Source: Felis catus
Taxonomy: Eukaryota
Direction of reading: 5' to 3'
Assembly (NCBI RefSeq): GCF_018350175.1
Contig: NC_058373.1
Coordinates: 117,740,001 to 117,804,000, forward strand
DNA: 64,000 nt
In this document: positions 37,067 through 50,907 of the stretch, piece by piece
Layout of the letters: each line of letters starts with the position of its first letter
How positions within the stretch are numbered: position 1 is the first letter of the stretch
Notes under the pieces: model-generated
What the model was told of the DNA's origin: nothing
Database searches by the model: none
The model's input: the letters and a program-made list of their open reading frames with translations, nothing else
Position numbers and translations under genes: made by a program

Positions 37067-39532
37067 AAACCTAGGGCTGGCGTCCAGAGATCAGGGACTA
37101 AGTTGCTCCAAACAACCAACCCAACAGCCCTGATAGGACAGGAGCTGTGGCGTGGAACACGGGACCCTAGCAGCCCTGCAGTGGCAGTAAAAGGCCCCTC
37201 TGGGGTAACACAGGAAGTCTGGCCAGAGAAGTTAACCACGCAGCCGTGGTCATTTCTGTGCCACCCACTCCTCTGGCCCTACTTCTGGGCCGGGCCTGCC
37301 TTCAGAGAGACGGTTTCTCTGTGGTGGGTGAGAGGACACCCTGGATCTGAACTGCCTGGATTCAAATCCCTGCCTCGTCTGCTACCAACCGCCTGTGTGA
37401 TCTGGGGTGAGGTGCCAAACCTCTCTGCCTCAGCACCCTCTGTGGAAAATGGGGATGATCGCAACAGCACATCTGCTTCACATTGTGAGGTTTCATGAAA
37501 GAATACGTTTAAAACCGTGCCTGGCTCATAGCAAGTGTCAGCCATTGTCGGCTGTTATCACTACTGCCATCAAAGCGGATCGGCAGAGGGAAGAAACCCA
37601 AAAGGGGAGGGGGGGGGGAGTATCTAGTCATTTCTCCTCTGAAGTCAGGGGTGATGGAGTTGCAAGAAAAAGAGGGTGGGGAAAATACCCTCTGAAAATA
37701 AAGCCTTAGAACCATCTGCTCTCCTTTACCTCCTCGGCAATCTCACTCTGGAATTCTCTGCCGTGCGGAATCAGAGCGAGCCCTAAGACTGCTGAAGCAT
37801 TCAGGGAGGGCTGTGCCCCCATCCCCCCCCCCCACCCCCGCCCCAGTCTCCTTCCCCAGGGCCCTCTCCTTTGCGTCACGCGCCTCTGAATCCCTCGCCC
37901 CAGGGACCAGCCAACCCTGCATGGGCACAACCTGAGGCCCTTCTTTTCACCTTGGCAAGCATGCACCTGGATTTGTGTTCCTGGCACGGCGCTCGTGGAG
38001 AGGACCGGCTGTGACAATAAGGAAGGTCCAGCTTGCCTTCCTCCCTCTCCTTCCCCTGGGGCGGATCCATCTGTCAAGCTGCAGAAATAGTGTGTGCCCA
38101 CTTCCCAATCCAGAGCTGGAGTCTCCAGGTAGGACCTCCTGTCTGGAGTTATGAATACCTTCAGTGTTGCCCCGGAATATTTACAGCACACCCCCCCCAA
38201 TCCTACCCCACTCACTCCTTATCTGGGGGAGCAGAGTGGGGCAAGGAGGCAGAGGAGGAGGCGGAAGGTGGGGGGGGGAGAATCAGGGGCAGTTTGTGTG
38301 AACAAAGCCGGCTGCAGCAGACAGCAGAAGCCTTCCTGCAGGGGAGAAGCAGCCGCCTTCCCCACTGATAACTTAATGACTCTGGCACATTTTCATCAGC
38401 CCAACTTGGAGCACGCAGTGGGTATCTGAGCCAGTGGTTTCCGAGAGACTGAAAGCAGCGACTGAAAGCAATTACGGGATGAGCGTCCAAGAGACAAAGC
38501 CTGGGCCTTGGGAGTCACCGGGCCGCATCTCATTCCCAGTTCTGCCCAGTGGCACTTTCATACAACGCGAGCATGCTACTTCCCTCTCGCTGCAGCCCGA
38601 CTCCCTCATCTGTAAAATCGACCCAGCAGTGCCCGTCTTCTGCCCATGCCTCCAAAGCATCACACTTCCAGACCGCGAGGTAGGCACACAGTCCTACACT
38701 GAATCTCATAGCAGCTCACAGGATAAGGACTGTCATCCCCACTTTACAGATGAGGAAACGGAGTCTTCGGGCATCGAAGCAACTCCCTAAATGGCAGAGC
38801 CAGGATTTGAACTCAGGTCTGCCTGACTTTGGAGCACAGGACTGAAAGGTGCACTAGTGATTCTCCATTCGACGCCCCTCCCAGTGCCTGGGGCTGACTT
38901 CTACGGCCTCTTGCCCTCTGCTTCTCGTGGCATTTGGCCAGCGGGAGGCACTGGCAAGAGGACAGAGGGTGAGAAGAAGGAAGATGGGGGTTTGTGCCCT
39001 GCCGTCCCTGCCTGGGCAGCGTGCTGGCACGGGTACTCCCCCCTCTCTTGGGCACCGCGTGTCCTCCCCCTGCTCTTTGGCACCCCAGATAGAAGGGCTC
39101 CGCCTCCCCTTTGTCAGCACTTCTATCCTGCCCACACCTTCTTAATCATTCCGCCGTCCAGTTCTCTTCCATTCGGCCCTTCTGAGTAGAATCCTATGTC
39201 CCATCGGGCCCAGGACACATACAAAAAGGAGGCCATTTTGACAGGAGATTCCTACCCTGCCAGACCGGTTCATAGATGTTTGGGGCTCCCTGCACCCTCC
39301 TGACTTCCCTCTGCAGAACCATCTGGGGGATGGAAGAACACCTACAACCAATTCCCAGGGTGGGGAGAAGCTCCAAGTGGGAAAAGCCCTGCCATGCCTT
39401 GGCTTGGGACAAAACTCAGGGATCCTTCAAAAAGCCACCACATCAGACTTGCATACTCATGCAAGTCAATGACCCTGTGACTATTTTTTTTTTTTAAGTA
39501 CACGTTTAATTTACTCTAACACTGCATGAGGG

Positions 39533-39739
39533 TTTTTTTTTTTTTTAATGTTTATTCATTTTTGAGAGATAGAGCACGAGCAGGGGAGGAGCAGAGAGAG
39601 GGAGACACAGCATCGGAAGCAGGCTCCAGGCTCCGAGCCATCAGCACAGAGCCTGACGCAGGGCTCCAACCCATCACCTGTGAGATCATGACCTGAGCCG
39701 AAGTTGGACACTTAAACAACTGAGCCACCCAGGTGCCCC
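39533..39739 (-). mobile_element. Can-SINE
   Basis: Poly-T start, ends ccacccaggtgcccc. Confidence 0.92.
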
Positions 39740-39764
39740 TCCTCTATTTTAAATGCCTAGGCCT

Positions 39765-39980
39765 GGGGCGCCTGGGTGGCGCAGTCGGTTGGGCGTCCGA
39801 CTTCAGCCAGGTCACGATCTCGCGGTCCGTGAGTTCGAGCCCCACGTCGGGCTCTGGGCTGATGGCTCGGAGCCTGGAGCCTGTTTCCGATTCTGTGTCT
39901 CCCTCTCTCTCTGCCCCTCCCCCGTTCATGCTCTGTCTCTCTCTGTCCCAAAAATAAATAAAAAACGTTGAAAAAAAAAA
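39765..39980 (+). mobile_element. Can-SINE (young SINEC_Fc type)
   Basis: Perfect 16-bp TSD ttaaatgcctaggcct (39749-39764, 39981-39996). Confidence 0.95.
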
Positions 39981-41724
39981 TTAAATGCCTAGGCCTTACT
40001 CTAAGAGCCAGTGATGGCTCCACTGAGCTCAAATGGTAAGAATAGTCCAGGTCCTGCAACGTGTAGGCACCAAGAAGCTTCTCTTGGGCAGGTCCAGGGG
40101 GGGCCACTCCTCCTCTCCCAGAAGCCCAGAGGCCAGCAGTGTGGGTGGCCCTCGGCAGGCCTGGGGTCAGGCGCTGGCTCTCCTACTAACCCCCTGTGCA
40201 CCCTTGGACAAATTCCATACTTTTCTGGGCCTTTGTTTCCCCATCTGTAACACAGGACAGTTGAATCAGATGATCTGGGAGTCTTTTGATTCTAGCACTT
40301 CATGATTCTGTTTGCTCTGGGCTCTCTGAGGCCTGTAGGCCTCCGGAAGCAATGAGTCCCTCAACTCCAATACAAAACCAGCATAGGCTGCAGCCTAAGG
40401 ATCCGCCCAGGGCTGCCTCCACCCCTCTCCTTCCCCTACCAAGCCAGGTCAGCAGCTGCCTTCCTGTGGCTTCATTTCTTCTTCGAGGCCACACTTGGTG
40501 CTTATTTTAAACTGAATTCTTCCGGATAGAAACACAGGGGGATGGGATAGGGGTGGGATGTAACATCCTGATTTTTCAAAGCCACATTCCTTGGGGCCTG
40601 GCACTGACCCATGTATTAGGAAGGAGCCCAGAGCCAGGATCTACCAAATGCCAGTGATTTGCAAGTCCTGTGTCTCCACGGACGGAGGGCATTCTGCTTA
40701 TTTTAGGAATTTGCGGTATATGAATGTGACTCCGGCTTTTAAAAAACAGGAAGAACGGAGATAAAGCAACAAGCCTTTCATCTCTAAATACTATATAACC
40801 TGATTTCGGATCCCCAGCAGAGAATGCAGAGACTCCCAAAATCAATGCATTAAATGTGTTAGTGGGACTCTTTCCTGCCCTGCTGAGAAGCAGGGTAACA
40901 GAGTTCTGGGAAAGTGTGGGGCCTGCCTTCCTGGGTCAGCTCATTGTCTGTGTGACCTTGGGCAGGGTACTTCATCTCTGCAAACCTCAGTCTGCTTGTC
41001 TGGAAAATGGGGATGCTAAGAGTTCGCATCTCAGATGGGTGCTCTGAGAACTGAATGAGCTCATCCCTATAAAGTGACCGGCACATAAACCAATATCCAC
41101 CATTAGCTATGCTCCCTGGCTTCTCTGGTCCCTGCCAACTCCGACAGCCGGTGCACAGACCAGAACTGGGGACTCAAGTTCGGTGTGAGATAAGTACCCT
41201 TTCTTGGCTTGGCATAAAGAAAGTAAGTATTGAGCACAATTATGAAACCGACAGTGAGCTAATTGTTTTTACGCGTAGTCTCATTTAACCCTCTTGGAAA
41301 CCCTCTAAGGTGCATCTCATTGTCCTCACTTGACAGGAGAAGAAAGTAAAGCTCAGAGAGGTTTTGGGATCTGCCTGAGGCCGCAGGTTCAAGTCCTGGA
41401 CTTCTGATTCAAGAACCATCTTCTGGCGCCCCTTGTAGAGGCCGTATCTTCATTTCTTATTCTAGTGAGTCCTACACTAGCATATCCTTAATGTACTTAA
41501 AGGGCAAAATATAAGTCTTCTTTTAATCATACAGTAAACGTTTAAGTAATAAATATAATTGTCAACATTTCTGGGGAAAATAAAGGTTAAAAAAATTAGA
41601 CATATTACCATAAAGCATGGCAGCCTCCCAACATTTGGGAATCTGGCTAGTGTGCTCTCCCTCGGGATCTCTGGGTGAATCTCTGACATAAATGCCACCT
41701 CGGATTCAGAGCGGGCTTTCTTTC

Positions 41725-41950
41725 TTTTTTTTTTTTTCAATTTTTTTAATGTTTATTTATTTTCGAGACAGAGAGAGACAGAGCATGAACAGGGGGAGGG
41801 GCAGAGAGAGAGGGAGACACGGAATCCGAAGCGGGCTCCAGGCTCCGAGCTGTCAGCACAGAGCCCGACGCGGGGCTCGAACTCACGGACCGCGAGATCG
41901 TGACCTGAGCCGAAGTCAGATGCTTAACTGACTGAGCCACCCAGGTACCC
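41725..41950 (-). mobile_element. Can-SINE
   Basis: Reverse SINE; TSD cagagc(g/a)ggcttt(c/a)tttct. Confidence 0.93.
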
Positions 41951-43729
41951 CAGAGCAGGCTTTATTTCTGAGTCCCGACCCATCCAGTATGTCTCACTGA
42001 CGCTTACCTGAGGTAGGCACCCTTCCACCTACAATCTTGGTGTAAGTGCCCCACTTCTTTCAAGGAAACAAATGTCCATTAGCATGTGTTAAACATTTCT
42101 GCCCACATGTCCTGTTTCTACAATCTCCGATGTCAAAGTTCCATCACTCTCCAAAATTACCTCCTCCTCTAGCACATTCTAGTTAAGCCTCCCTCATGCC
42201 TATACGACCCAGGCTCAAGACTTCAAGAGTTATCGTTGCCGCCTCCCTCTCCCCTGTGCCCCACATCTTATCTGTCCTCTGCCAGGTTCTGTAGGTTTTT
42301 CATCCATAAAGCCCTGCTCGTTTGCCCTGCCTACTTTGCTCCTGCGGTCATCATCACCCAGACTTCATGTCTTCTCCTATCTCCTTCTCAGCCGTCAAGC
42401 TCATTTAGGCTCTCTCCCCTGAACACCTACTTCTCCAGATTAACCTTTCCAGAGATGTGTCTGGATCATCATGTTCACCACTGACTATGCAGGCCAACCT
42501 CTAAGCAAATCAGTCTGGCATTCCCAGTACCCTTGTCCAACACTGTGCCCCCCAATCTCCCTACCCAAATGCTCGGCTCTGGCCAAGCTGGTCTCCCTCT
42601 TGTCGTGCTACATGCCTCCCACGTTCATCAACATTTTGGGACCAACCACTGTGCTGGGGCTGGGATGGAGGATGAATGTAGCATAGTTCCTGCCCTCTGA
42701 AGGCTCCCTTTCCAGCCTGAAGAACAGACAGACAGACAGAGAGACTGCTATCATCCAACGGGACAGGTGGCCTACACAAAGGTATGTACACGGTAAGGTA
42801 GATTCTAAGAACAAGTGAGTGATGCAGGAGGTGAGGAGACATTGCAGGGAAGGGAGGGAGGCATTGCTGACTGAGATCAAATCCTGGCTCTGCCATTTAT
42901 TTGCTATGTGACCTCAGGAAACTTAATTAACCTCTCTTCTCCCCAGTTTCCTTATCTGTAGGATGGAGATGATCATACTATCTGTCTCACGGCACTTTTT
43001 TGAGGGTTAAAGAATTAATATAGATAAAACCCATAGAACATTCCAGGCCCATAACATAAGTCAACAAACTTCTGCTCTTACTGATTACCTCCCCCAGCCC
43101 ACCCACCTACCAACTCCCACACATACCCCTCCATCCCTAGAGAACAAAATCCAGTCAATACTCATTCACTACAGATCTGCTGGGCATCCTAGGGAGACAC
43201 CCTCCGACATACCAGCTCCCACCCCCTGGCCACTCCCTCCCCTGAATTCTGACAGTGCTCTCAACCTACTCAATGAAATTTTCCTGATGGGGTGTTATCT
43301 CTATGATATCAGCCTTATCTTTCCAACTCTATTGGAGATAGAGGAAATAAGGAACAGGCAAAGGAGGAAGAAACCTTCCTTCAGAACATATCATGTGCAT
43401 TTTTATGCACAGTATCACATATACCTTTCCCAACCAGTATTATCCCCACTCCACAGCTGAGGACACGGAGGCTCCCAGCAGCAAAATGAATTTTTCTCAG
43501 AAAGTCCCAGATAACAAGCTAACAAGCAGCAGAACCACAATTTGACCTCGGCTTTTTCTCACTCCAAAGTCAGTGCACGTTCCTCCTCACCCACCTCTCT
43601 CTAACCTGGACGGCCCTGACCTTGCTGCCTACTTCCCTTACCCCCCACCATGACTTGAAGTAAGAGAAATCAAAGGCTTTGCGCCAGGCCCTCTGACCTC
43701 ACAATTCTACTTCTACGAAATAATGAAAG

Positions 43730-43981
43730 CGTATGTGAAGATATAGCTGCAATATTGTTTTCAATAGCGAACAAACTTTAAACTGTCTAAATGTCCAACA
43801 AGTGGAACACTGATTGAGCAAACTGGGGCATGTCCACGTAATGGAACACCATATAGCCCTAAAATGTCATAAAAATGTCTTTATTGACCCGGAATGATGC
43901 TTTGCATGTATTGTTGAGTGGGGGGATGGGTTAAAATGGTATGTCTCATTTAGTGTGTGCACATGAGTGTGTGTGTGCACA

Positions 43982-44016
<35 letters not shown>

Positions 44017-44190
44017 GGAGAGGAACAGAGACAGAGACACAATCCTCAAATAGTATACAAAACTAGAATGTAAGCTACCTCTCAGGAGTAAGACTATGAG
44101 TGATGTTTATTTTTCCTTTATGATTATCTGCAATTTCTGATTTTTCTGCAATGAGTATATATTCTATTTCCGTAGGAAAAAAAAATATTA
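43730..44190 (+). mobile_element. Old L1ME-like 3' fragment with embedded (TG)n
   Basis: tgttttcaatagcgaacaaac..ctaaatgtccaaca; AT-rich 3' end. Confidence 0.6.
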
Positions 44191-44205
44191 AAAAAAAAAA
44201 ACTTC

Positions 44206-44437
44206 GGGGCGCCTGGGTGGCGCAGTCGGTTGAGCATCCGACTTCAGCCAGGTCACGATCTCGCGGTCCGTGAGTTCGAGCCCCGCGTCGGGCTCTGGGC
44301 TGATGGCTCAGAGCCTGGAGCCTGCTTCCGATTCTGTGTCTCCCTCTCTCTCTGCCCCTCCCCCGTTCATGCTCTGCCTCTCTCTGTCCCAAAAATAAAT
44401 AAACATTGAAAAAAAAATTAAAAAAAAAAAAAAAAAA
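44206..44437 (+). mobile_element. Can-SINE (young SINEC_Fc type)
   Basis: Near-identical to the 4712 and 39765 copies; TSD (A)n-cttc; inserted in the A-tail of an old L1. Confidence 0.95.
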
Positions 44438-46342
44438 ACTTCTACAAACGTTAATTTCTATCCTGTTGTTGGTCATCCACATCTTGGGAGGAATTGTTTG
44501 CCACAAAGTTTTCATTAAGCAACAGCTAGCTGAGAACAAGCTCTGGCTGGAGGAGAAAATAATTCCAGAGGGTGTGGGTTACAGCCCCCAAAAGACAAAC
44601 CAAATGGTTGAAAGCTCGAGAGGTGCGGCCTGGGGAGGGGAGGGCAGGCAGTGGGAGCAAAGGAAGAAGAGAAATGCAGGTGTGAAGGGGGCAGAGAGAA
44701 ACTGCAGCTTCTCTTCAGCCCTGCCTGTGGCCTGCTCTGCTGGGACACTCTGCAACCTGTGTCCGCGACACGATGGCATTTAAATATTTAAACAGGCCCA
44801 GCTTTGCCGTAAAGAATGCACTCAGTCTCCAGGGATCAATCCCATGCCACAGGCCCTGCTCCACAAATCAAGTTTCTGGGGCACAGAGCCCTTCCCACCC
44901 TCCCCTGCCGCACCCCATGCAAAGACCTGCAAGATAATAGTGCGGACAACTGAGTGATGAGCCCGGCTTCCCTTCAGTGACAAGGGCAGCCAGCCTGAAG
45001 GCCGCGTTATTGGCTTTTCCACTGCAGCTCCAAGCTAAAAGCACATGAGCCTTAGAGAATGCAGGGCCTTAATGCCCTCAAAAAAAATTTTTTTTTAATA
45101 AGACTGCCAGAGTCATCTGGTTCTCGCTGTACACTCAGGTATGGGGGAATCCAGAGTAATTTTAGAAGGCTGAGGTCTAGCAGATTTTCTGGGACTACCT
45201 TGGGCACAAGCTGTGTCTGCCTCAGACACCAGTCCACCCGTCCCACACACCCCCTCAGCCTGTGCATGGCAGTCCAACATCGTCTCCAGGACGAAGAGCC
45301 TCCTTGTGAGGTCACTGCCTGGGAAGGAAGGAGCCCACTGTGTGGGCAGGTCTGGAGACTCAAGAAAGGGGCCCCCGCGTTGACGGATCAGGAAAGTGAT
45401 GTCCTAGCTGCTGAAGGCTGACACCAGGACCAGATCCCCAGACTCTTTGCTTTTAGCTCCATACCCTTCCCCCTCCACTATTCCACCATCAAGAAGAGGA
45501 GGAAGGGACCCGAACCCTATGCTGACACTGCCCCAACTGGACATCCCCCGCTGACTTTCTAGAAGGGAGGCAACACTGTGGAGTGGCCATGTTTTCGGTC
45601 ATGGGCTGCACAATCAAAAATACATGTCTGTGGGGTGAGGGTGGTGGAGAACAAAGTTTTTACTGATAGGGAGGCTGAGTTGAGAGCACCCATTCCTGAA
45701 GTGTGAATACCCGACGTGACTCAGAGGTGAGTCAGGCTCCCACGAGGGCTTTGATCATGTCTATTTGCTTTTTGTCACTAATCCACCCTAAGTCCCCAGT
45801 TTGTGTGTGTGTGTGGGGGGGGGGGATATTTTAATAGATTCAAATGTAAAAGGCTTAAAAGTATATAATCTATTCCATTCTACATCAATTATCATGACTA
45901 CCTGATTCCAGCTTGCCAGACTGACACCTAGAAGCCATCTGTTAACAGTGGACATAGCTTGACCTCATAAATGTGTGTGATCATTAATTCACTTTTAAAA
46001 CAGGTTTTCTCCTCAACTCTCAGGAGAGCCAAACTCCAGGGTCAGGAGAGCATATTTCACCAGCACTTTGTGTGGGGGTGTCCTGGGGTATGTCAGCTCC
46101 GGAGCTGAAGAAGCCAGGATTCCCGAACCAGCTTCAGCGTGAACCAGCTGGGCGACCTTGGACAAGTCCCTTCACCTCTCTGAGCCCCAGCTTCTTCACA
46201 GCAGATCAAGGTCAACTGTCCCTCCCTCTCAAGGTTACTGTGAGGATTTATAGAGACAACATATGTAACGAGCTTAGCACAATGCCCTACACACTGTAAG
46301 CACCATTAGCAGGAGTTAACACGGTGATCAGAAAAACTGGGG

Positions 46343-47044
46343 ACAAAAGTAGCTGTTGGCAAGGATGTGGAGAAACTGGAACCCTTGTGTACGGTTGGTG
46401 GGAATGCAAAATGGTGCAGCTGCTCTGGAAAATAAGTATTAAGGTTCCTCAAGAAGAGTAAAAACAGAATTACCACAGGATCCAGCAACCCCACTTCTGG
46501 GTATTCATCCAAAAGAACTGAAATCAGGATCTCAAATATTAGCACCCCTATGTTGACTGCAGCACCATTCACGATGGCCAAGATGTGAAAACAACCTAAA
46601 TGTCCATTAACAGATGAACTGATAAAGAAAATTTGGTAGATACACACAATGGAATAGTATTCATCTTGAAAAAAGAGGGAATCCCTCAATATGCCATAAC
46701 ATGAATGCATCTTGAGGACATTATGCTAAGGGAAATAAGCCAGTCACCGCAAGACAAATACTGCCTGATTCCACTTACACGAGGTATCCAAAACAGTCCA
46801 ATTCATAGCATCAAAGAGTGGAATGATGGTTGCCAGGGGCTGGCGCAGAAGGGGAGTTAGGGAATTGCTAACCAATGGGCATGAAGTTTCAGTCAAGCAT
46901 GATGAATAAGCCTTTCAGATCTGCTGTACAACATTATACCTAGACTCAGCAATATATATTGTACACTTAATAATTTATTAAGAGGATAGATGTTAAGTAT
47001 TCTTACCGCAGTAAAATAAAGTTAATTTTTTAAAAAAATATTTT
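46343..47044 (+). mobile_element. 5'-truncated LINE-1 3' end (L1MA-like)
   Basis: tgttggcaaggatgtggagaaactggaaccc and other L1 motifs; TSD aaaaactgggg at 46332 and 47045. Confidence 0.9.
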
Positions 47045-50000
47045 AAAAACTGGGGGAAAAAAACTTCACAGCTTCCTTCCACTGTGCCCAGCAAAGGGGT
47101 AAATGGGTGCTTTGCTCCTCCCTAAATGGCTGATGCTTAGAGACAAATGGTCTCCCTCTCTCCCCCTGAATATCGTTCCATCACCACCATCTTCTCTCCT
47201 ATGAGGTTTCTTGAACATAGACAATGGAAAAGTGGGTCTCATCTGGAGTCAGCTCCAGTGATGCTAACAGAAAATTCAGGGTAGGGAGCAGTTGGGGAGA
47301 GAAGAGATAAACATTTAGAACATCCCGGTAGCCCGACCCAAGGATTGCTTTCATGTCTGTCTCCAGTCATCATCGCACCTCTAAAAGGGGGCTAATGATA
47401 CTGTTAGGATTTAAAGCTATTAAGTAAATTAAAGCCAAGTGCTGGATTGCTGAGCTTTATATGGGACTGCTGAGTTTTAGATCAATGCGGGGGGGGTGGG
47501 GGTGGGGGGGGTGGGAATAAAAACAGGAAAGGAAAGATTCTAAAGAGACCAACTGAAACAGTGAAGTGAGCCTATGGCACTTGACCTGGAGAATTCCTGA
47601 AGACTCTAGAACTTTCAGATGCAAAAAGCAGGGAATAATAAAAAAGCTGAGCAGACGGAGGCCAGAAGCCTTTGAATTTGAATGAAGTAGACCAGTCACT
47701 GTCAAAAGTCAATATTCAGAAATATCCCCTGAGAAGCTGTCAAAGAAATGCAGGTTCTTGGGTCTGCTCCCCATGGTTCTGATGGAGGGGGTCTGGTATG
47801 AGGCCCGGGAATCACATTTTAATAAGTGTCTAGGTTCTCTCTGTGCAAATGGCCCAGGTCCATGCTCTTTGACAAACACTGACAGCCTTCCCCACAAAGT
47901 CATATTCAGTTGCTCTGTTTGTGAGTAATGAACACTCTTCTTTGGCAAGGGACTGAAAGGGAAGAAACAGAACTACAATCCTTAAGCTTGGTAAACTTTC
48001 AGGATAATTAATAGGGATTGGTTACTTGCTGGAAAATGAAGTATTCACATACACACATGCCACGGATTGGGTAAAAAATAAATTATGTTCAGATGATTGA
48101 GTGTTTCTCTGAGATGGAATAAATTCAATGGCTGAATGAAAGGAACAGGCAAACTATCTATCACCTGAAGTTAGCAGCTAAGATAACATTTCAACCACGC
48201 GTCGGGAAAGGGATACTTGGACCAGGAACATAATAGGACGACTACGTTTAGGAATATAAACCATTCAGGCTTAAAGGTAATCACATCTGAAAGATAGCTC
48301 CTACTACCCCCACATAAACCCAGAAAGAGGTGGTGGGGTACAAGGTGGCCTAATATCTTCATAAATAACTCGAAAGATGGAGGCCGGCTCACGCAAATCC
48401 CCACAGACAACACCAAAGTGGCAGGGATGGCGAATCTGTGAAGAATGGAATTCAACCACGGGGCAATGTCTTTAAATTTGCCTTTATCAAATCTTGTGTA
48501 ATGAAGTCACATATTATTGTATCTCTTTATTGAGACTCAATAGGGCTAAATGTAGAGTGATTTATGGAAGAAGGACTAATCGGATGCATTAAGTAGAAAA
48601 GAGCACGCACCTGGAGAGGCATTAGCACAGGGGTCAGGACAGACACTGCATGGGAAGTCGTGTGGCAATGGGGCGGCCGAGTACTTCTGTTCTCTACACA
48701 TTAAGAGAACTGTATTAAGAGCCGATGTGTAAAATAAACAAGGAAATGTGTCTGTTACTCTCTGAGCCGCTTGGCCTTGGTGTTACTTCCAGGGGGAACC
48801 CTGAGCTTAAATGTAAATCTGGGAAGGAATTTAAAGCAGGCCATCACAGAGGTTATGGGATGTGACCCCAGATAAACCAAAAAGACAAGGGGATGTTAAA
48901 AGAGCCTCCAGAATAGACAAAATGCTCAGTGTGCCTCTTTGTTGGGAAAAGATGCACAAACGATAAGGGAGCCTATAGGAGTAAAAAAAAAATTTAGCTC
49001 CTATTAAGGAAAAACAATCATTCAGAGCACAGTTGGAATCATGGAAGAAAGGGTAGCTTATCGTAACACCATCCCTGGGGACACTCAAGGAGGTGACCAG
49101 ACACCTCTCTACTTAGGATGCATTAGAGATTATTAAAAGCATTCCTTGCTCAGTTCGGGGGTAGAGGGTGGGCCTCGTGACCTCTCTAAAGGTCATTCCT
49201 ATCCCAAAGGATCACTTGTCTGAAGGGCACCAGATAAAAATAAAGTCTATTAATCACCAAGCTGCCACACAATTTCCTAAGAGGGCCAGAAGAGAGAAGG
49301 GCAATCTACAGTGGACGTTGGTCCGTTGAGGGAGGAAAAGGGAGGCAGCACCTGTGTGGGCAGAGTCAAGGAATCAGCTGCTGAGACTTCCAGAAAGCCA
49401 ACGTCAGGCCTCTGTTTAGACCTCCCAAGCATCACAGGGTAAGCAGAAGGAGGAAGAGACTGTGGAGATGGGAACAGGAAACAGCAAATGACAAGAGAGT
49501 CCCTAATCACAGCCACAGGAGCTGGGGGGGGGGGGGGGGGGTAGGGGGGGACGGGCAGGATGCAAGCACCTCACCCAGAAAGAGGGGAGCCAGGCACAAG
49601 AGGGACACCCACAAGGTAGCTCTGCGGAGGTGACCTGTCAGGAGGCAGGCGGCAGACAAAGAGTGAAGAGAGAAACCGAGAGGTGGGTGAGGAAGGGCAC
49701 ACGGGGTGTGTCTGCGAATACAGGGGACTACTGGCTGAGAATCCACTGAAAGCCGAAAGAGATAGAGCAAAAAGTAACCCCGCCATCTACGGGAGCAGAC
49801 AATCGCATGACAAAAATAAAGCTTTGGAAGAGAGGAATCGAATGGCAATGCCCCGATCCCAGAGCAGCTGCTGGCATTCTTGAGAGCTGGGCTGCTCCAG
49901 CCAGACACAGCTGGGAAGCCTGCTCCACGAGGGTCGGAAGGACCCTTCCCACAGGGCTCACCTGCTCGGGCTTTTATGCAGCAGAACAAAACGGAGCCCC

Positions 50001-50907
50001 TTCTGGGAGGCAAGACCCAGGCCAGAGCAGGCACCTCCTGATACTGTCATGAGACATCAGACCCCATGCCCTGCTCCCTCCTCATCCTGGACCAGAAACC
50101 ACTTTGGGAGGGACATGTTACCTGCAGGAGTTGTCTCAGGAATGCCATCTGCACGGTGTATTAAGCAGCCAAATGGGGGTCATGGAGTTTGAGTTCTTCT
50201 AGCAAAATGTTCTCCAACCAGCTGTCACCCCACCGGGCACAGAACAACTTTTTGAAATCAAAAGAGGCCAGTGAAGAGGGAGGAAAAGGACACCACCCCC
50301 GAGGTGCTCCCTGAGCCCCCTCGCCCCCGTTCGCCCTCTGCTTCCACGGAGACGGCGGACACTGCAGGACGGCCTTGGAAGACCCACCGTGCCAGGGCCC
50401 TGCCTGAGCCACCTCGCAGCCCTTCCCCTGTGGCACCGCTCTGCATCCTCGGACGGGAGAAGACAGGAGGGGAAGATGGTCAGAGAGTGTGGCTTCGAGG
50501 GCTGTCCTTGTTGTGGAAGGAGGGATGGCACCCCATCCGGTGAGAAGAAAAGTAGGGCAAGGATTTTAAACCCACCCCCCAGCGCGCTGGTGGGTGAGAA
50601 AGAGAACGGCTCTCGAGCTGACGGCCATCCCTCCGAAGGCTGAAGGTTTCTGGAGGCACACCCGCCGCCCCTGCTCCCGCTCTCCCTCAGCCCCAACCCA
50701 GCCCTGTCTGCGCCCCCTAAACCCAGGAGCTGGGCCGTCCTTGTCCAAGAGACACCTCTGAAGCAAGCAAGAAAGGCTGGAGATGGATCGAGGGCCATTT
50801 ATTAAGCTAAGTCGTCGTCAGAGAAAGATTCATAACTCGCCCTACCTAGGACGGGAGAGGGAGAAGGAAATTAAAGGGAAACATGAAAAGCCAGAGGAGC
50901 CAAGTAC

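Noticed and set aside
36917..37498. 193-aa + strand ORF
   Set aside because: Built from MER91-like and MIR repeat sequence; no coding signature
39757..40107. Recurring ORF peptides such as ETEHERGRGRERGRHRI and MAQSVKRPTSAQV
   Set aside because: Translations of Can-SINE sequence, not genes
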